From assembly GCF_030028105.1 (NCBI RefSeq), contig NC_092389.1:7675180-7739179 (forward strand): a stretch of 64,000 nucleotides of DNA. The letters run 5' to 3'. The translations under genes and the position numbers were made by a program. The notes under the pieces are model-generated. The model had not been told where the DNA came from, searched no databases, and saw only the letters and a list, made by a program, of their open reading frames with translations. Positions 50,363-63,113 of the stretch are shown here, piece after piece (the first letter of the stretch is position 1; every line of letters starts with the position of its first letter). This DNA is from Mobula birostris (taxonomy: Eukaryota).

Positions 50363-53175
50363 AGTAAATGAATATGTATTTTCTCAGTGAAAGTAAGGAG
50401 TGGCAAGGTGGTCTATTCTTTGCCCTTTCTTATGCAAATAACTGATGTTGACATCAGTGGAGCCAAACAGAGTGTTGGCACTTCTGGAGTCTGGGAGGTT
50501 TAAATTCTAAATGGAGGATCCACCAGGTGAGCCTGTCCTTGCCGGTGTTCTTTTCGGGGTGTTTTATAGAATATTAAGCAGATGGTTGCAGGTGTTTGAA
50601 TGGAACACGACTGAAGATAAGGTAGTGAGGCAATGCAAAGGGGTTGCAGGCTAAGGAAGGGAGGCAGAAAAGAAAGTGTGTTCCTGTCTCAGAATGGAAT
50701 ATGATGCAGGAGAGGACTGCTTGGTTGAATGTAGACGGTCAGATTTGTTGCAGTTTAGTGAGAGAGGCTCTTACAGCCTGTGGCTCCTGAATTTTTTAGC
50801 TGCAGAGGATTCATAACTCTCAGTGCAGACGTGGCTGGATCTCATCCAACTCCAGCACAGACCTGTATTAATGGGATAGGTCACTCCACAGTATCCTGTG
50901 TTAGGAAGGTGGAGGGATCAGAATGCTCCCTGTGAATTATCATCGACCAACCTTGAATTGTATTCTTATCTGTGCTATTGAAAAAAATACACATTTATAT
51001 GGCATGTTTCACAACCCCAGGATGAATCAAATTGCTTCCCATCCAGTGACATGTTCTTTTAATGTGTAGTCTCAGTTGTAATATCGGAAATGTAGCAGCC
51101 AAAACCACAGCAAACCAAGGAGATAATAATCAGATAATTTATATTTGTGACCTTGCTTAGGAATAAATGTAGACCAGAATACTGAGGAGAAATTCTCAGC
51201 TCTCCTTTGAGGTAACACCTTTGGGGTATTTTCCAGTCGACTGTAACAGCAGATGGGAATTGGAATGGATATTTCACCGAGTAGGAGGTGCTTCCTCTAG
51301 CTGTTAAAGGATGTATAGCACTGGAGTGCCAGTGCAGGTTTTGTGCTTAAGTTCTGAGAATGGGGCTTTAACCCTCAACTTTCCAACCCAACACTGAAAG
51401 ATGTATTTGTGCTCAATCATGATGCAAAGTCATAGGTCACATTTCCCTGTTGTCAAACTTTTGGGATTGGCATATTGTCAGCAGAAAAGCAAATTTGAAA
51501 CATACCATTATTCAATGAGGTTGCTCAAGTAAGAATATTTGCTGCCCTGACCAATCGATATTGGTGGCTCTTAATGGTCTTGGTGTTCTTAGTGACAGGA
51601 AACAAAGGTGGCTTTGCCTTGGTCAGTTTATAATAAATATATAAATGAAAATGAGCTCTAATCAGGTCAGTGCTATTTCTATTCTTATGAAGTGTCTAAT
51701 TCATGTTTAATTTGTGCTTTTCTTGTGGATGCTGCTTACCTGATATTATGTGCCTGTTATGTTGCTGTAGGTAAGTTTTTCATTCCAGCTGTGCACACAT
51801 GGACTTTTGCACGTGAGAGTAAACATGTCTTTGACTTTGAAGTGGCTTTGCCTGGCAAAGCTTGTGTTCACTGCTCATTTTACTTGCCTTGAGAAGTTGA
51901 AGGTAAATTATAAACACAAGAAAGTCTACAGATGCTGGAAATCCAAAGCAACACACACAAAAAGTTGGTGGAACTCAGCTGATCTTCTTGATTCTTCTTG
52001 ATCCTTTGTGAACAGTGGCCACAATTTGGTAAGTTTTAATGTAGTTATGGTAAAGGATAAGCTTGGACCTAGTCTTACATTGGGGGAGCGCTGACTTCAA
52101 TAGTATAAGACAAAACTTGGTGCAAACAGATCGGGAACAGATGCTAAAGGGGAAAATTATATCCATAAGTGTAGGTCTTTTAAAAGTGATATAGGAAGAG
52201 TTTGGAGTCAGCGCATGGCTAAACAGGTAGGAAGAAAGAATGGTAAGAGCAGGGAACAACAAACAAAATGCTGAGAGAGCTCAGCTGGTCAGACAGCATC
52301 TGTGGAGGGAAATGAGCTGCCAACTTTTCAGGTCGGGACCCTTCATCTAGACTCAGGTGACAGAGCCTTGGTTAGCAAAGAAAAAAAAAAGAATGAAGGG
52401 TATATCAAGTATAGAAAATTGTTATCAAGTGAGTCCTTCGAGATTATAGACAATATATGAGCGATCTTGAATACAATTAGGAAGGTGAACAGGAACATGG
52501 CCAAAAAGAATTAAAGAGAATTCCAAAATCTATTTCAAACATATTAGAAGTAAGAGGTTAGCTAAGGAAAGGGCAGAACCGTTGTTTGTCACATATGTAA
52601 ATGACTTGGAGGTGAATGTATGTGGTCGGGTAAGTAAATGTACTGATGACATGAAGGTTGGTGAAGTTATTTATAGCAAGATATAGAAGGATATATGTAG
52701 ACCAGCTGGAAAGTTGGGCATAGTGGCTGTAGATGAACCTTAATCCAGTCCAAAGTTCAAAGTGAATGTTATTACCAAAGTACATATATGTCACCATATA
52801 CAACCCTGAGATTCATTTTCTTGTGGGCATACTCAATAAATCTATAGACTACTAACTATAACAGAATCCATGAAAGACCGCCCAACTTGGGTGTCCAACC
52901 AGAGTGCAGAAGACAGCAAACTGTGCAAATGTAAATATACTTAAATACCAATAAATAACGAGAATATAAGATGAAGAGTCATTGAAAGTGAGTGCAGAGG
53001 TGGTGGGAACATATCAATGACAGGGCAAGTGAAGTTATCCCCTTTTGTTCAAGAGCCTGATAGTTGAGAGGTATTAACTGTTCCTGAACCTGGTAGTGAG
53101 ATCAAAGATCTGGGGCCATTTAATCCTAGTCAGACAAATACTGTAAATGACAGGGACCTTAGAAGCACCGATGTA

Positions 53176-53326
53176 NNNNNNNNNNNNNNNNNNNNNNNNN
53201 NNNNNNNNNNNNNNNNNNNNNNNNNNNNNNNNNNNNNNNNNNNNNNNNNNNNNNNNNNNNNNNNNNNNNNNNNNNNNNNNNNNNNNNNNNNNNNNNNNNN
53301 NNNNNNNNNNNNNNNNNNNNNNNNNN
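53176..53326. other. Assembly gap (151 N)
   Basis: Run of N flanked by Rex1-type LINE tail sequence. Confidence 0.99.
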
Positions 53327-54599
53327 TTCTTTTGCATAATGGCTGGGTGTCAGTCTTTTTTGAGTGTAGTTTTTCATTGACCCTATTGTATTTCTTCGTT
53401 CTACTGCGAATGCAAGAAAATGAATCCTTGGTAGTATATGGTGACATCTACATACTTTGGTAATAAATTTACTTTGAACTTGAGTGCAAGTTCATTGCTT
53501 CCTGAAAATGGTGACACAGATGGTTAGGGGTGGAGAAGGAGCTTAGCTTGCTTGTGTTCACAGGCAGAGGTACTTGGGACATTAAGTTGTAGCTATACAA
53601 GTCATTGATTAGGCAACACCTGGAATATTGTGTGCATTTCTGGTCACCTCACTGGAGAAAGAATATGGCAGTGCTAAAAAGAGTAGAGAAGGGATTCACT
53701 AGGATGTTGCCTGGAATAGAGAGCGTCAGTTACAAGGAGAAATTGGATAGGCTAGGGTTGTTCTCACGGGACTGCAAAGGCTGAGGGGTGACATTATAGA
53801 GAACTATCTTAAAAGACTATGAGTGGCAACTTCCGGTGAACTGCTCTGCCATTAAAGCACACACAAAATGCTGGAGGAACTCAGTGAGTTCTCAACTCGA
53901 GCTCACCAAGATGCTTAGGTTTCGGCCTGAAACTGTTCATTTTCTTCCGTAGATTCTGCTTGATCCACTGAGTTTTTCCAGCACTTTGTGTGTGTTTTGA
54001 TCGAGATTTCCAGCATCAGCATCTCTTTTGCCATTATCATACTTGCGTCCCTTTCTCATCCCTTTCTTTAAGCTCTCTTGCTTATGATGAGTACTCAAAT
54101 TCCTCATTACCTGATCACTCTTAACCTATCTCCACATGGGCTTTTGTCTTAACACATTGGTCGTGCCCTCGCCTCTGCTTTCAAACTGCAAACCCTCGCC
54201 TCTCCCCCCAACCAGCTCTGAGGAAAAGGTGCTGACTGATTCTGTTTCCATATTCAGCATCTGCTTGACAGGCTGAGTTCTACCAGCATTTCTGTTTTTG
54301 TCTCATGTGGAACTCTTGGCTGCTCTAGTCCATGGTTTAATCACAATGCAACAATGAAGAGAGAAATTGTGCTGACATGGAGTAAGGCACTTTGCTCCAT
54401 AGTGACTGTCTCTGATGATAATTTGGATGTAGATGACCCATATTCTCAGAATCTGCATCATAAAAAAGGCAAGGAGGGGTACCAGCATAGTCCTGTCCAT
54501 TATCACTTCTCTAACCCTCCACTTTATAAAATCTGTTCTGTAACCATTACTTTATCACAGAAACAAAGCTCTTCCATTTACACAATGAGTCATCCTTAG

Positions 54600-55680
54600 A
54601 GGAATCTGAATCCAAATAAGAATCACGTTTAATGTCACTGACATATGTTGTGAAATACATTAACTTAGCGGCAGCAGAACAATGCAATACACAATAATAT
54701 AGAAATAAATAAATCAATCAATTACAGCAAGTATATATATGTATATTAAATAGATTATACTTTATACTTTATTGTCACCGAACAATTGATACTAGAACAT
54801 ACAATCATCACAGTGATATTTGATTCTGCGCTTCCTGCTCCCTGGATTACAAATCGATAATAAATATTAAAAATTTAAATTATAAATCATAAATAGAAAA
54901 TAGAAAAATGGAAAGTAAGGTAGTGCAAAGAAACCGAGAGGCAGGTCCGGGTATTTGGAGGGCACGGCCCAGATCCAGGTCAGGATCCGTTCAGCAGTCT
55001 TATCACAATAGAAAAAATTATTAAAAATAGTGCAAAGCAGAAATAATAAAAAAGTCAGGTAGTGTTCATGGGTTCAATGTCCATTTAGGAATCAGGTGGT
55101 AGAGGGGAAGAAGCTGTTCCTGAATCATTGAGTGTGTGCCTTCAGGCTTCTGTACTTCTTCCCTGACGATAACAATGAGAAGAGGGCAAGTCCTGGATGG
55201 TGAGGGTCCTTAGTAGTAGGCGCTGCCTTCCTGATGCACCTCTCCTTGAAGATGTCTTGGATTCTACGGAAGCTAGTACTCAAGAAGGAGCTGACTAATT
55301 TTATAACTCTCTGTAGCTTCTTTCAATCCTGTGCACTAGCCCCCCCCCCCCACCACCACCCCACGCCAGACAGTGATGCAGCCTGTCAGAATGCTCTCCA
55401 CGGTACATCTGTAGAAGTTTTTGAGTGTTTTAGTGACAAACCAAATCTCTTCGAACTCCCAATGAAGTATAGCCACTGTCTTGCCTGCTTTCTAGATGCA
55501 TCGATATGTTGACGCCAGGTTAGTCATCAGAAATCTTGACACTCAAGAACTAGAAATTGCTCACTCTCTCTGCTTCTGATCCCTCTATGAGGATTGGTTT
55601 TTGCTCCCTCATCTTACCCTTCCTGAAGTCCACACTCAGCTCTTTAGTCTTACTGATGTTGAGTGCTCCTGTATGCCCTC
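54600..55680 (-). mobile_element. Rex1/Babar-type LINE 3' portion with a nested tail of another family (about 54760-55010)
   Basis: Homologous to 63114-64000 and about 57940-58610. Confidence 0.75.
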
Positions 55681-58600
55681 TCACCTCCATCTGAGATTCT
55701 GCCAACAATAGTTTTTGCTGAAAGATCAGAAGCGTTGGGTTAACACCTCAGTAAATAACATAAAACTACATCATCCCTCCCCACCTACCTACCCTCCTCC
55801 TCACCTGGTCTCACCTATCACCTGCCAGCTGGTACTCCTTCCCTCACCCCCACCTTCTACTTCTGGCTTCTTCCCCTTTCTTTTCCAGTCCTGATGAAGT
55901 GTCTCAGCCTGAGACATCAACTGTTATTCCTCTCCATAGATGCTGCTGAGTTTCTCCAGCATTTTGTGTGTGTTGCCCTGGATATCCAACACCTACAGTA
56001 TATCCAGGGGTACACACACCCAAAATTGCGGAATTAAAACAAAACTGCATTCCACTTACACAGCAAATAATCCTTACACACCTAAAGTATCTGGAGGTGT
56101 GTGTTGTTAGCAGAATTTGTGATCCTTATTGTACTGAAATGTGGAACAAATGACTATTGCATGGGAATGATTCTTACCTTTGACATGACCTGTAGATCTT
56201 TTGTGTCTGCACAGTGGGTCTATTCCTTATCTTGCTAATTTGGAATTTAGCTGATCTTTACCCAGCTAAATAATTGGAACCTGCACGCTGTTATCACAGA
56301 CAGTTAATTCATCTGAACTGTACACTCTCTTCATAGTGGGTCACATCAGATTGCTCCCGACTTCCTCTCCCCTACATTGCCACAAGAGAAAAAACCTGCA
56401 GGTCAGACACCAGCACATTTGGCTGGCCACCCACAAGCTCACAGATGCTAAGATGAGGGGCTGAATGCCCTTAGTGTTAAACCAGCCATTCCTGGTGTAT
56501 ATAACACAACTGTGTTCATTTGAATAGGGTCACTGACCTGGATTGAAAAAGTAAGCATGGGTCTGGATTTTTTCAGTGCTGTACTGATCTATGTCCTGTA
56601 ATATTTTTAATAATATGGATTTATTTAACTGTTGTTGAATGCCTCTGACTGTCAAAGACAGAGAGGGTTGTTTTACTATGCTGCATCAGCGTCATCAAGG
56701 CCTGTGAATGCAGCAAACTTGGTACAACTGAGAGATTGTTATTACAGCGTCTCATGTCTTCCTTAGTCATTCCAGCTGTGGCTCAGTGGGTGGTAGTCTT
56801 GCTTCAGAATCAGAAGGGTATAAATTTGATTCTTGTTCTGATGATTTCAGCACCATCTCCTTACCGTACTCATAGGTGTACCGCACCATTTGAGTGAAAT
56901 GTTAAATTGTCTGCCCTCTCAAGTGGACGTATGGTTCCATGGCATTAGTTACACGAGCAAAAACAATTTAGACCATAAGACCATTAAAAAGTAGGGGTAG
57001 AATTTGGCCATTCAAGTCTGTTCCGCCATTCGATCCTGACTGATTTATTCTCCCTCTCAACTCCCTTCTCCCCTTAACCTTTGATACCCTTACTAATCAA
57101 GAATCTATCAAGTCAATGTTTTCCTGTTTACACTGTAAATACATGCTGATATTTATGAATTGAGGCACATTTTATTCCTTATCTCTACTTTAACCTCCAA
57201 TTTATTTTATATAATTAATTATTATTTATAACTATTGAATGTTATTTATTGTTGCATGTCGTGCCACAAACCACAGCAAATTCCTAATATATGGCCAATA
57301 AAGTTGACCTTTGATGATTTAGTCATCTTCATGTTGCAGTTTGTGGTTTGATGCCTTGCTCAACTTAACATGTTGTTATGCAAATCTAGCTACTTTTCAG
57401 AAATACTTCATTGGCTATAGAGTACTTTGGGATGTTTGCAAAGAAAAACTTTGTTGCTTTTTTTTGATGAACAGGCTTTACATCCATATAAGCGGATAGA
57501 CAGAGCTTCAGTTAACATCTCATTAGAAGTCCAACCCTAGTTTCTGGAGTGGGACCTTTATTCTCAGATTCTGGGATCACTCTGGCATCTTGCAAGGACT
57601 CAGTCGGCCAAATGTTGAAAGAAAATGTGATATGAGAGTTGACCTGGAGGGAAGAGTGCTTCTCATTGAGTTGAGGAACTATCACAGGCTTCACAATTCC
57701 CAGTGTGAGGAGATAGAAAGAATTGGCCATTGTTTGGTATTTGAAAAGATGAATATGTGTTTGCAAGCTACTGGCATTATTGAGGAATACTCATGAAGGA
57801 ATGACCTCCGCCATCAAATTTCTGAATGGACAATGAACCCATGAACACTACCTCACTACTTTTGTCCTCTTCTTGCACTAATTGGTTGTATTTATTTCTT
57901 ATTCAAATTTATAGTATATTTTATGTTCTGCACTGTTTTGCTGTCACAAACCCACAAATTTCAGAATCAGTTTTAAAATCACTGGCATATTTTGTGAAAT
58001 TTGTTGTTTTTGTGACAGCAGTACAGTGCAATATATAAATAATAAAAAAGTATATATATATTTAAATAGTCAAAATAAATATGTAGTGCAAAAATAAAAA
58101 TAAAAAATGTAGTGAGGTATTGTTCATGGGTTCAATGTCCATTTAGGAATTGGATGGCAGAGGGGAAGAAGCTGTTCCTGAGTCACTGAGTGTGTGCCTT
58201 CAGGCTTCTGTACCTCCTACCTGATGGTAACAGTGAGAAAAGGGCATGTCCTGGGTGATGGGGGCCCTTAATGATGGATGCTGCCTTTCTGAGCCATTGC
58301 TCCTTGAAGAAGTCCTACATACTACGGAGGCTAGTGCCTATGATGGAGCTGACTGAGTTTATAACTCACTGCAGCTATTTCGATCCTGTACAGTAGCTCC
58401 CCCCACCCCCGTACCAGACGGTGATGCAGCCAGTTAGAATGATCTCCATGTAGAAATTTGCGAGAGTCTTTGGTAACAAACCAAGTCTCCTCAAACTCCC
58501 GATGAAATATAGCTGCAGTCATGCCTTCTTTGTAACTGCGTCGATGTGTTGGGCCCAGGATAGATCCTCAGAGATGCTGACACCCAGGAACTTGAAATTG

Positions 58601-58682
58601 CTCACTCTTTATATATTTCATGACATATGTCAGTGATATTAAGCCTGATTCTGATTTTGAGTGATGCAATTACTGATCAATA

Positions 58683-58890
58683 GCCAGCTGGTGGTGTAGT
58701 GGCATCAGCACTGGACTCGGAATCAAGTGGTCCCGGGTTCGAATCCAGCCAGCTCCTTGGACGCTTTCCATCCATGCTGGGTTGAGTGTTGAGCTAGCAA
58801 CTCGGCCTCATTAAAAAAACAGATAAAAATGCAAAAGAACTGACAAGGTTGCTTCCCAATGCGCCACAAGGCGTGAAGAGGAACAACAAA
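58683..58890 (+). mobile_element. tRNA-derived SINE with RTE-type 3' end
   Basis: A box tggtgtagtgg and B box ggttcgaatcc, followed by a non-tRNA body and a gcgccacaaggcgtgaagaggaacaacaa tail. Confidence 0.7.
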
Positions 58891-59959
58891 GTGACTGATC
58901 AAGTTCAATGGGCATTTACTGAATTTGATCCATCATATTGGAATTGGTTTGTTATCGCCACATGTACCCAGATGTAGTGAAAAACTTTATTTTGCAGATC
59001 ATTTCAAAACTAAGTGCATTGAAGTAATACAAAGGGCAAAGCAATAACATGATGCAGAATGTAGTGTCACAGTCCCAGTTACAGAGAGAGTGCAACCCAG
59101 GCAGACAAGAAGGTGCTAGGCCATGACGAGATAGATTGTAAGGTCAATAGTCCATCTTTATCATCCCAGAGATAAATCAGGAGCACTGGGTACACAGGGC
59201 CCTTAGCATTGTCATTGATTCCTCCCACTTGTCCAACAATCTCTCTGACCCCCTACCATCCGCAGGAGGCACCATAGCATTAGGACAAGGACTGCTAGGA
59301 TGAGAAGCAGCTTCTAGAATGACTGCTGAGCTCCCTCCCACCACCCAGGTCTCATCATGCATGGAATGCCAGTAGTGTTCCACCGTTGACTTTTTAACCT
59401 ATTGTCATGGTGGCCGCTCGCAGGGCCGGACCCAGGTGAGGAGAAGTGGCAGAGAAGGTAACAAGACATTTGACAAAGGGACACCAACAGAACATTGAGC
59501 GACACTGCAAGACGAATCATTCTCTTCAAACATACAGGGACTCCACTCAATACTAAACAAGAGTCACCTTTAAATAATTATAGAGTGCAGGAGACTCATG
59601 CCAGTCACAATTAACTTGACAAGATTAAACAGAAAGCACCAGGGCTTAACGACTCTAACAATTAGTAAATACAGGTGGTCAAGAAACTTAGAAGCCCAAC
59701 GCTCTACAGCAAGCCACATCCTGGCCAATGCCTATCCTTAAATCAGTATTGATACTAATACTGCCAGTTTATGTTCGCATTGTCGTTTGTGGGAGGTTGC
59801 TGCACAGAGATTGGTTGCTGTGTTTTCTATAGTGCAAGTTGGCCAACTATGTGCATGACAACATTCAAATTTAATTTTTTTAAGTGTATATCCTGAACAA
59901 GATGGAAGGTAACTAAAAACTATCAAGTCTACATTTTAAAAGTTCTTCATTGATGCAGT

Positions 59960-60380
59960 ATCCTGAAATCTTGAAAGTTTCTATAATTTTTTTCTCTATA
60001 TACCATTATGTGAAACGGTTTAATAAATGACCCTGATTCCCTTGTGAAACAGCTGCATGAGGTAAGACAGTGATAAATTAACGTGAGAAATGTGGAGATG
60101 TCTTTGTCAGCAGTTCCCACCAGTGTTGCTGCAGTGAACTCATTTATCAGAGTTGGCACGAGCCTATAAAGATGTAGAAAGGTACGACAAATCTATAAAG
60201 CTGGAAAATGAGGTCAGCCAATATGCCATTGATCAGCAACTGAAGAGTAGTGCTTTTGATTCATTGGAAGGTGTACTGCAACTGTTGTGGACATATCAGT
60301 GGCTTGAACCCATCCTGTTGTTCAATTGGATCATTGATTCAATGGCTGAATGGTTCAACTTAATATCAGGAAATGTATAC
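59960..60380 (+). mobile_element. Possible degenerate Academ-type transposase fragment
   Basis: Broken frames give AA*GKTV, SLSAV/HQ..SELI, YDKSIKLENE and H*FNG*MVQ, recalling the order of Academ motifs; from recall only. Confidence 0.35.
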
Positions 60381-61232
60381 AAGATACAACCTGAAATTCT
60401 TACTCTTCGCAGACATTCACAAAACAGAGAGGGGGAAAAACCCAAAGAATGAATGACAGAAAACATTAGAACCCCTAAGCCCCCCTCCCTCCTTCCATGC
60501 ATTCCTAAAATTTGTTCCAGAACCCTTTATCCTTAAACCCCAAAAAGTCTGAAAATAGCAGCTCCTCCTTGGTTTAAGTAAAAATGGCTTCCGATTTTCA
60601 CTTTTTTTTCACTAATTTCCTGACTCGTATATCTTGTAGCATTTATGCCCCGTGGGCAAGGAACGTGAGGAATATTGTTTGGCTGAAATAGGAATTAGAC
60701 TCATTCTTCATGTTTTATGCCCCAGACCTGATTATCTTCAGACCTGGAAAATAAATGAACTGTAGATACTGGAATCTGAACCAAAAGTAGACCTGTGCTG
60801 TTAACAAGTATCCAAAACTCAAACATTGTTTGAAAATCTCTCAGATGAAAACTTCCAAAATACAAACGTAGAATCAAAATCAGAATCGGGTTTAATATCA
60901 CCAGTATATGTCGTGAAATTTGTTGTTATGCAGCAGTAGTACAATGTAATACATAATAAAAATTGGAAATACACTAAGTGTATATATATATTAAAAAAGT
61001 TAAATTAAATATGTAGTGCAAAAGTAATGTAGTGAGGTAGCATTAATGGGCTCGGTGCCCATTCAGAAATCTGATGCAGAGGGGAAGAATCTATTCCTGA
61101 ATCATTGAGTGTGTGTCTTCAGGCTCCTGTAACTCCTCCTTGTTGGTAACAATGAGAAGAGAGCATGTCCTGGGTGATAGGGTCCTTAGTAGTGAATGCT
61201 GCCTTTTCAAACCATCGCTCCTTGAAGATGTC

Positions 61233-61609
61233 ATATAGTCATATTCATAGTCATACTTTATTGATCCCGGGGGAAATTGGTTTTCGTTACAGTTGCACCA
61301 TAAATAATTAAATAGTAATAAAACCATAAATAATTAAATAGTAATATGTAAATTATGCCAGGAAATAAGTCCAGGACCAGCCTATTGGTTCAGGGTGTCT
61401 GACCCTCCAAGGGAGGAGTTGTAAAGTTTGATGGCCGCAGGCAGGAATGACTTCCTATGACGCTCTGTGTTGCATCTCGGTGGAATGAGTCTCTGGCTGA
61501 ATATACTCCTGTGCCCAACCAGTACATTATGTAGTGGATGGGAGACATTGACCAAGATGGCATGCAACTTGGACAGCATCCTCTTTTCAGGCACCACCGT
61601 CAGAGAGTC
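61233..61609 (-). mobile_element. Young Rex1/Babar LINE 3' end nested in an older Rex1-type element
   Basis: Near-identical to 21500-21868; minus ORF RMLSKLHAILVNVSHPLH...RHRKSFLPAAIKLYNS. Confidence 0.88.
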
Positions 61610-61962
61610 ACACGTATGATCGCATCACAGTTTAATCTGTTAGAACATGTTTATTCATTGAGGAATAAGTGTCTGAAAACCAGATTAGGAAGAAAGGACA
61701 GCCTAGGATGAATAGATATTGCAAGGAAATAATGTTTCCTCAGCTTCTTTGATTAAAGGTATTTGTGGATGAGTGTTTGTTGGACATAGTAAATTTGACA
61801 GCAGGCGAAAAGAACATCCTAGACAGGACTCTTCATTCAACAATAGCACTTCATTTAAAAACATCGTAAAAAGATCCCAAATGTCACTTTATCATTTCCT
61901 ATCAGAGTTGCCTTATGTACAGACACTCCTGCACCCAGCATCATTTTATGCATATACATTCA

Positions 61963-61967
<5 letters not shown>

Positions 61968-61993
<26 letters not shown>
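61968..61993. repeat. (TA)n microsatellite
   Basis: Direct read. Confidence 0.95.
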
Positions 61994-62449
61994 CTATTCT
62001 TATGTACATACGCCCACACTCAACTGTTATTTGTACATTGTGTTTCATAGGATTGCTTTTATATTTATACTTATCGTGCTTTTCATGCTTATTGTGTTTA
62101 TTTAATGCTGTGTCAGATCTGTGTTCTCCTTTACACTTGTGTACTGAAGAATTTTGAAATATTTCACAGGAATATTACCAAACAAATTGGGCAACTTAAC
62201 ACGATGTGGGGACAGATAACTGAAAGTTTGGTTAGTAAGACAGATTCTAAGGAGCACTGTGGATGTGCAGAGGTTTGGGAAGGTAAATTTGAGACTTGAG
62301 GGTCAAGGCATCCAAAGGTATCGCTCCCAAAGGTGTACTAATAGTAACCAGGGATGCATGAGAAGTCAGAAACGGATGAGGATTGAAATCTGACAGATGA
62401 GGGTGGAAGATGTGAGACATTGATATCAGGGCTGAATAATTTAAAACCA

Positions 62450-63113
62450 ACTCATTGCTGGAATGGACAGCCAGAGACTCTTTCCTGGGGTGGGAATGGC
62501 TAATACAAAGAGGGCATAATTTTAAGGTGATTTAAGGAAAGTATAGGGGGGATATCGGAGGTAGATTTTTTACAGAGAGCGGTAAGTGTGTGGAAAGCAC
62601 TGCCAGGGGTGGCGGTAGAGGCAGATACATTAGGGCATTTAAGAAACTCTTAGATATGTACACGGATGATAGAAAAAGGGAGGAAATGATTGTAGGAGGG
62701 AAGAGCAAGGCAGCATAACATCGTGTCTGAAATGCCTGTACTATGCTGTATTAGAAGGCAGTAAGACATAGGAGCAGAATTAGGCCATTCGGTCCATCTT
62801 TCCATCATGGCTGATGTATTATCCCTCTCAAATCTATTCTCCTGCTTTCTCCACATAACCTTGGATACTCTAATTAAGCAAGAACCTTTCAACCACCCTC
62901 TTAAATATACCCATTGATTTGGCCTGCACAACCATCTGTGGCAATGAATTCCACAGATTCACCACCTTCTGGCAAAAGAAATTTTCCCTCAGCTTTGTTT
63001 TAAATGGATGGCCCTCTATTCTGAGGCTGTGCCCTTTGGTCCTAGATTTCCCCTCTATAGGAAACATCCTCTTCACATACACTCGACCTAGGCCTTACAA
63101 TATTTGATAGGTT
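62450..63113. mobile_element. Two CR1 3' ends tail-to-tail (+ then -)
   Basis: The plus piece ends near 62760; the minus piece encodes RMFPIEGKSRTKGHSLRIEG. Confidence 0.75.

Noticed and set aside
53074-53447. ORFs spanning the X run
   Set aside because: Artefacts of the N gap.
56200-56270. cag|TG-GGT-CTA-TTC-CTT (GLFLIL) resembling the start of SCN4B exon 2
   Set aside because: There is no AG directly before the Gly codon remainder, no LEVSVGK or Ig cysteine follows, and a stop comes within 20 codons.
46479-56866. RE1/NRSE-like half sites (tcagcacc at 46479; ttcagcacca at 56846)
   Set aside because: The right half GGACAG is absent in both, and the second lies inside a SINE.
58683-58755. 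Possible tRNA gene
   Set aside because: A and B boxes are present but no clean cloverleaf, and it continues into a SINE body and tail.
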